Part shown: positions 61,023-64,000 of the stretch, piece after piece | Numbering within the stretch: the stretch's first letter is position 1 | Layout of the letters: each line of letters starts with the position of its first letter | Assembly (NCBI GenBank): GCA_003568415.1 | Contig: PWXV01000058.1 | Location: 1,952-65,951, forward strand | Reading direction: 5' to 3' | Length of the DNA: 64,000 nucleotides | Source: Ignavibacteriales bacterium | GTDB taxonomy: Bacteria > Bacteroidota > Ignavibacteria > T3Sed10-11 | Translations under genes and position numbers: made by a program | Notes under the pieces: model-generated | Seen by the model: only the letters and a program-made list of their open reading frames with translations | What the model was told of the DNA's origin: nothing | Databases searched by the model: none

Positions 61023-62765
61023 ATGATCCGTACATTTTTTATCTGCCTTTCTGTTTTATGTATTCCTGCAGCGATTTTTGCACAGGCATTGCCCATTACC
61101 CTTGATGGGGAATTTGATGACTGGGATGGTGCTTCTGTTTTGTTTGATATTACCGGAACAGATATACAAACAGAACAGCTTCACGTTACACAAATGTGGG
61201 GAGCGAACGATGACGACTTTTTATTTCTCCTGATAGAATTCGACCGGGAAATAACGCTGCTTGATAACAACCCTGTTGTTCTTCTCCTTAACACCGATAA
61301 TGACATTAGCACCGGGTACGATCCGAATACTGTCGGTGCCGAGCTTCGATGGGAATTCGGTGAGCGAGAGGGAATGTTTTACGATGGACCTGCCGGGCAT
61401 TGGATACGATTTCCAAGTATTCGTCTACGCACAGCACCTACCGTTACCTCGACAGCATTTGAGATAGCACTCGGCCGCGATGCAACGCCTGCCGGTTCAA
61501 CGCCGTTGTTTCGATCGGATACGGTTCATATACATATACGTTTTGATGAGCAGGATAATGATGCTTTCGCTGCCGGAAAATATATTTTTGATCCCGAATC
61601 AGTTCCACCGCCCGATCCGATCCCGCTTGAACGACATGATAAAGACGATCTCCGGGTGCTCGCCTTTAATGCATGGGATGATAAATTATTTGAAGAGGAG
61701 TTTACCGACCAATATAATAGAATTTTACATGCACTTGAGCCCGATATCATTGCCTTTCAAGAAATCTGGGATCACGATGGAGATAAAACTGCAGAACGGG
61801 TGGAGAATTTATTCCAGGCAGGTAACAATTCTCAATGGTATGGGGTAAAGAAAGATCCCGGCAATGTTACCGTAAGCAGATTTCCCATACTCGATTCGTG
61901 GCAGATTCTTTTATGGTATAATAATAATTGGCAGCACACTCATCGCCTGACTATCTCATTGATAGATATTCGCGAAGCTTATGATACCAAATTATTGTTC
62001 GTGAATGTTCATTTGAGGTGTTGTGCCTGGGGAGAAACGAATCGCTGGAGAGAGATACATGGATTGATTGATTTTCTCAATAATGCACGTGAGCCGGGCG
62101 GTCATCTTTATCTTGAAAAAGACACTCCGATTATCCTTGCAGGCGATTTTAATCTTGTTGGAAGTTGGGAGCAGCTTGCAGCTATTGAGAACGATATACT
62201 GGATTGGGACGGAACTGGTATCGAGCGTGTTCGTGCGCGGCAAACCGAGAAACGGATGCATTATACGTGGCGGAATGACCAAAGCCGGTTCAGTCCCGGA
62301 AAACTCGATTATATTTTTTACACCGGCAGTCTTTTGGATCTGAAGAATACCTACACGCTTCAGGTAGAGAAAATGTCTCCGGAACAGCGCACATTGTATG
62401 GTTTACAATACGGGGATACCCGGGTTGCCTCGGATCACCTCCCCCACGTTGCGGATTTTACCGTTAAATCGGCAACGACGGTCTCCGATAATCATGCGTA
62501 TCCCGAATATTATCTGGCAGAAAATTATCCCAATCCGTTTAATGCGCAAACAACTATATCATTCATATTACCCGAATCCAGCGATGTCTCTATCGTCCTG
62601 TATAATGTCCTTGGCGAAAAAGTCGATCTTTTGATTGATGGAAGAAAGAGTGCAGGACGGCACACCGTTACTTTCGATGCAGCAGGTTTGGCAAGCGGGG
62701 TATATTTTTATAGAATGAGGGCAAGGGACTACACGGAAACCAGGAGTATGGTTTTTATTCAATAA
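61023..62765 (+). CDS. endonuclease/exonuclease/phosphatase (EEP)-family protein with C-terminal T9SS sorting domain
   Basis: Signal peptide MIRTFFICLSVLCIPAAIFAQA. EEP motifs (LAFNAWD, IIAFQEIW, GDFN, SDHLP). C-terminal ~80-aa Por_Secre_tail (YPNPFNAQTTISFILPESSDVSIVLYNVLGEKV...GVYFYRM). The track's start at 60981 overlaps the fdxA terminator. Coordinates +/-1. Confidence 0.8.
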   Translation: MIRTFFICLSVLCIPAAIFAQALPITLDGEFDDWDGASVLFDITGTDIQTEQLHVTQMWGANDDDFLFLLIEFDREITLLDNNPVVLLLNTDNDISTGYDPNTVGAELRWEFGEREGMFYDGPAGHWIRFPSIRLRTAPTVTSTAFEIALGRDATPAGSTPLFRSDTVHIHIRFDEQDNDAFAAGKYIFDPESVPPPDPIPLERHDKDDLRVLAFNAWDDKLFEEEFTDQYNRILHALEPDIIAFQEIWDHDGDKTAERVENLFQAGNNSQWYGVKKDPGNVTVSRFPILDSWQILLWYNNNWQHTHRLTISLIDIREAYDTKLLFVNVHLRCCAWGETNRWREIHGLIDFLNNAREPGGHLYLEKDTPIILAGDFNLVGSWEQLAAIENDILDWDGTGIERVRARQTEKRMHYTWRNDQSRFSPGKLDYIFYTGSLLDLKNTYTLQVEKMSPEQRTLYGLQYGDTRVASDHLPHVADFTVKSATTVSDNHAYPEYYLAENYPNPFNAQTTISFILPESSDVSIVLYNVLGEKVDLLIDGRKSAGRHTVTFDAAGLASGVYFYRMRARDYTETRSMVFIQ

Positions 62766-62776
62766 GGATGTAACCG

Positions 62777-64000
62777 ATGATAAAGAAAACGATACCGTTT
62801 GATGATATCGAATCACAGAACGATGATGAGCTGCTTTTTGATAACATCCTTGCAAGCGGAAAGACGTATCTCACCGAATCCCCGGATTCATTCGATGCTG
62901 TCTGGCAATCTGTTGACGAGAATGATCCGGCAAATATCTGTTATACTTCGGGCACAACCGCCGACCCCAAGGGAATTATCCTGACCCACATAAATTACAT
63001 TACCAATGTTGAACAGGCATCTGCGTTGCTACCTATTCCTGCATGGTATAGTTCATTGTTGATATTACCGTGGGATCATTCGTTTGCTCATACCGCGGGT
63101 ATTTATACACTATCAAAAAATGGTGCCAGTATGGCGTCTGTGCAACCGGGCAAAACACAGATGGAGACGTTGCGGAACATTCCCGTTAATATAAAAGAAA
63201 CCCGCCCTGTGTTTTTGTTGAGTGTACCGGCCCTTGCCAAAAATTTGCGTAAAAATATAGAAGCAGGGGTAAAAGCAAAGGGAGAGAAAGTAGAAAAAAT
63301 GTTCAATCATGCACTGGCTATTGCACAAAAATATAACGGGAACGGTTGGGACAGGGGAACGGGTTTTAGAAAAATCTATAAACCGCTTTACTCGTTATAC
63401 GATAAGATACTCTTCAGCAAGATCCGTGAAAATTTCGGCGGTCGGCTCGAGTTCTTCATCGGCGGCGGTGCATTGCTCGATATCGACCTGCAGCGTTTCT
63501 TCTATGCAATTGGAATACCAATGTATCAGGGGTACGGGTTGACGGAAGCGGCTCCGATCATATCTGCTAATGTGCCCGCTGTTCATAAGCTCGGGTCTTC
63601 AGGGAAAGTGGTCAAAGACCTCGAATTGAAAATATGCGATTCCAACGGAAGGGAAGTACCCATCGGAGAAAAAGGTGAGATTGTGGTGAGGGGAAAAAAC
63701 GTTATGACCGGTTACTGGAAAAATGAAACGGCTACGCGCGATACCATACGCGGCGGGTGGTTATATACCGGCGATATCGGGTATCTTGATGAGGATGGAT
63801 TCTTGTTTGTACTCGGTCGCGAAAAGAGTTTGCTCATCAGTCACGATGGTGAGAAATATAGTCCGGAAGGCATTGAAGAGATGATCGTATCCCAAACGCC
63901 GTATATAGAGCAGGTGATGTTGTATAACAATCAGTCACCTTATACGGTTGCTCTTGTGGTGCCGAATAAAGAAGCTATTAGCGCGTGGATAAAGGATCAT
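62777..64000 (+). CDS. long-chain acyl-CoA synthetase (AMP-binding family), N-terminally short and 3'-truncated by window end
   Basis: ATG at 62777. The AMP-binding motif I (YTSGTTADPKGIILTH) sits at residue ~66, then GYGLTEA, YTGDIGYLDEDGFLFVLGR. Continues past 64000. Confidence 0.8.
   Translation, partial: MIKKTIPFDDIESQNDDELLFDNILASGKTYLTESPDSFDAVWQSVDENDPANICYTSGTTADPKGIILTHINYITNVEQASALLPIPAWYSSLLILPWDHSFAHTAGIYTLSKNGASMASVQPGKTQMETLRNIPVNIKETRPVFLLSVPALAKNLRKNIEAGVKAKGEKVEKMFNHALAIAQKYNGNGWDRGTGFRKIYKPLYSLYDKILFSKIRENFGGRLEFFIGGGALLDIDLQRFFYAIGIPMYQGYGLTEAAPIISANVPAVHKLGSSGKVVKDLELKICDSNGREVPIGEKGEIVVRGKNVMTGYWKNETATRDTIRGGWLYTGDIGYLDEDGFLFVLGREKSLLISHDGEKYSPEGIEEMIVSQTPYIEQVMLYNNQSPYTVALVVPNKEAISAWIKDH

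Overview
64-kb chromosomal window, roughly 45% GC, from a Gram-negative bacterium that probably belongs to the FCB group. Evidence for that placement: one protein carries a C-terminal T9SS sorting domain, there is a bifunctional LpxC/FabZ, Shine-Dalgarno ribosome-binding sites are used, and a consensus sigma-70 promoter lies upstream of fdxA. Genes are densely packed. I found no rRNA, tRNA, CRISPR array, transposase or integrase. The gene content, in order along the window, is: the 5' part of obg, co-oriented with a large TPR protein and an unusual poly-acidic protein; two adjacent but non-identical complex II (succinate:quinone oxidoreductase / fumarate reductase) operons, one of the three-subunit b558 type and one sdhCDAB; ftsX, two paralogous lipoproteins, recR and ybaB; a long outer-membrane / lipid A biogenesis operon (uppS-bamA-skp-skp-lpxD-lpxC/fabZ-lpxA-lplA-like-panB); a histidine kinase / NarL-type two-component pair plus an orphan REC gene; a ~600-bp gene-free AT-rich region with strong secondary-structure elements; surE-pfkA; a three-gene Bat/MoxR-associated-like membrane operon (DUF4159-like, a 1132-aa coiled-coil transmembrane protein, and a BatA_N+vWA protein); a PorQ/PorV/FadL-like barrel and a DUF1684 lipoprotein; a four-gene envelope signalling module ending in a CHASE2 adenylate cyclase (secreted protein, FecR-domain protein, 805-aa outer-membrane protein, cyclase); rseP-dxr; an osmolyte-uptake island (porin, OpuA ABC transporter, AbrB-like regulator, two BCCT transporters and a second orphan OpuAC-like binding protein); a 7Fe ferredoxin; a T9SS-targeted EEP nuclease/phosphatase; and an N-terminally truncated acyl-CoA synthetase that runs off the window. 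All functional calls come from reading the translated ORFs for motifs. No database search was possible. The six-frame track and my base count disagree by 1 nt at 60981, so feature coordinates are +/-1 nt in places.
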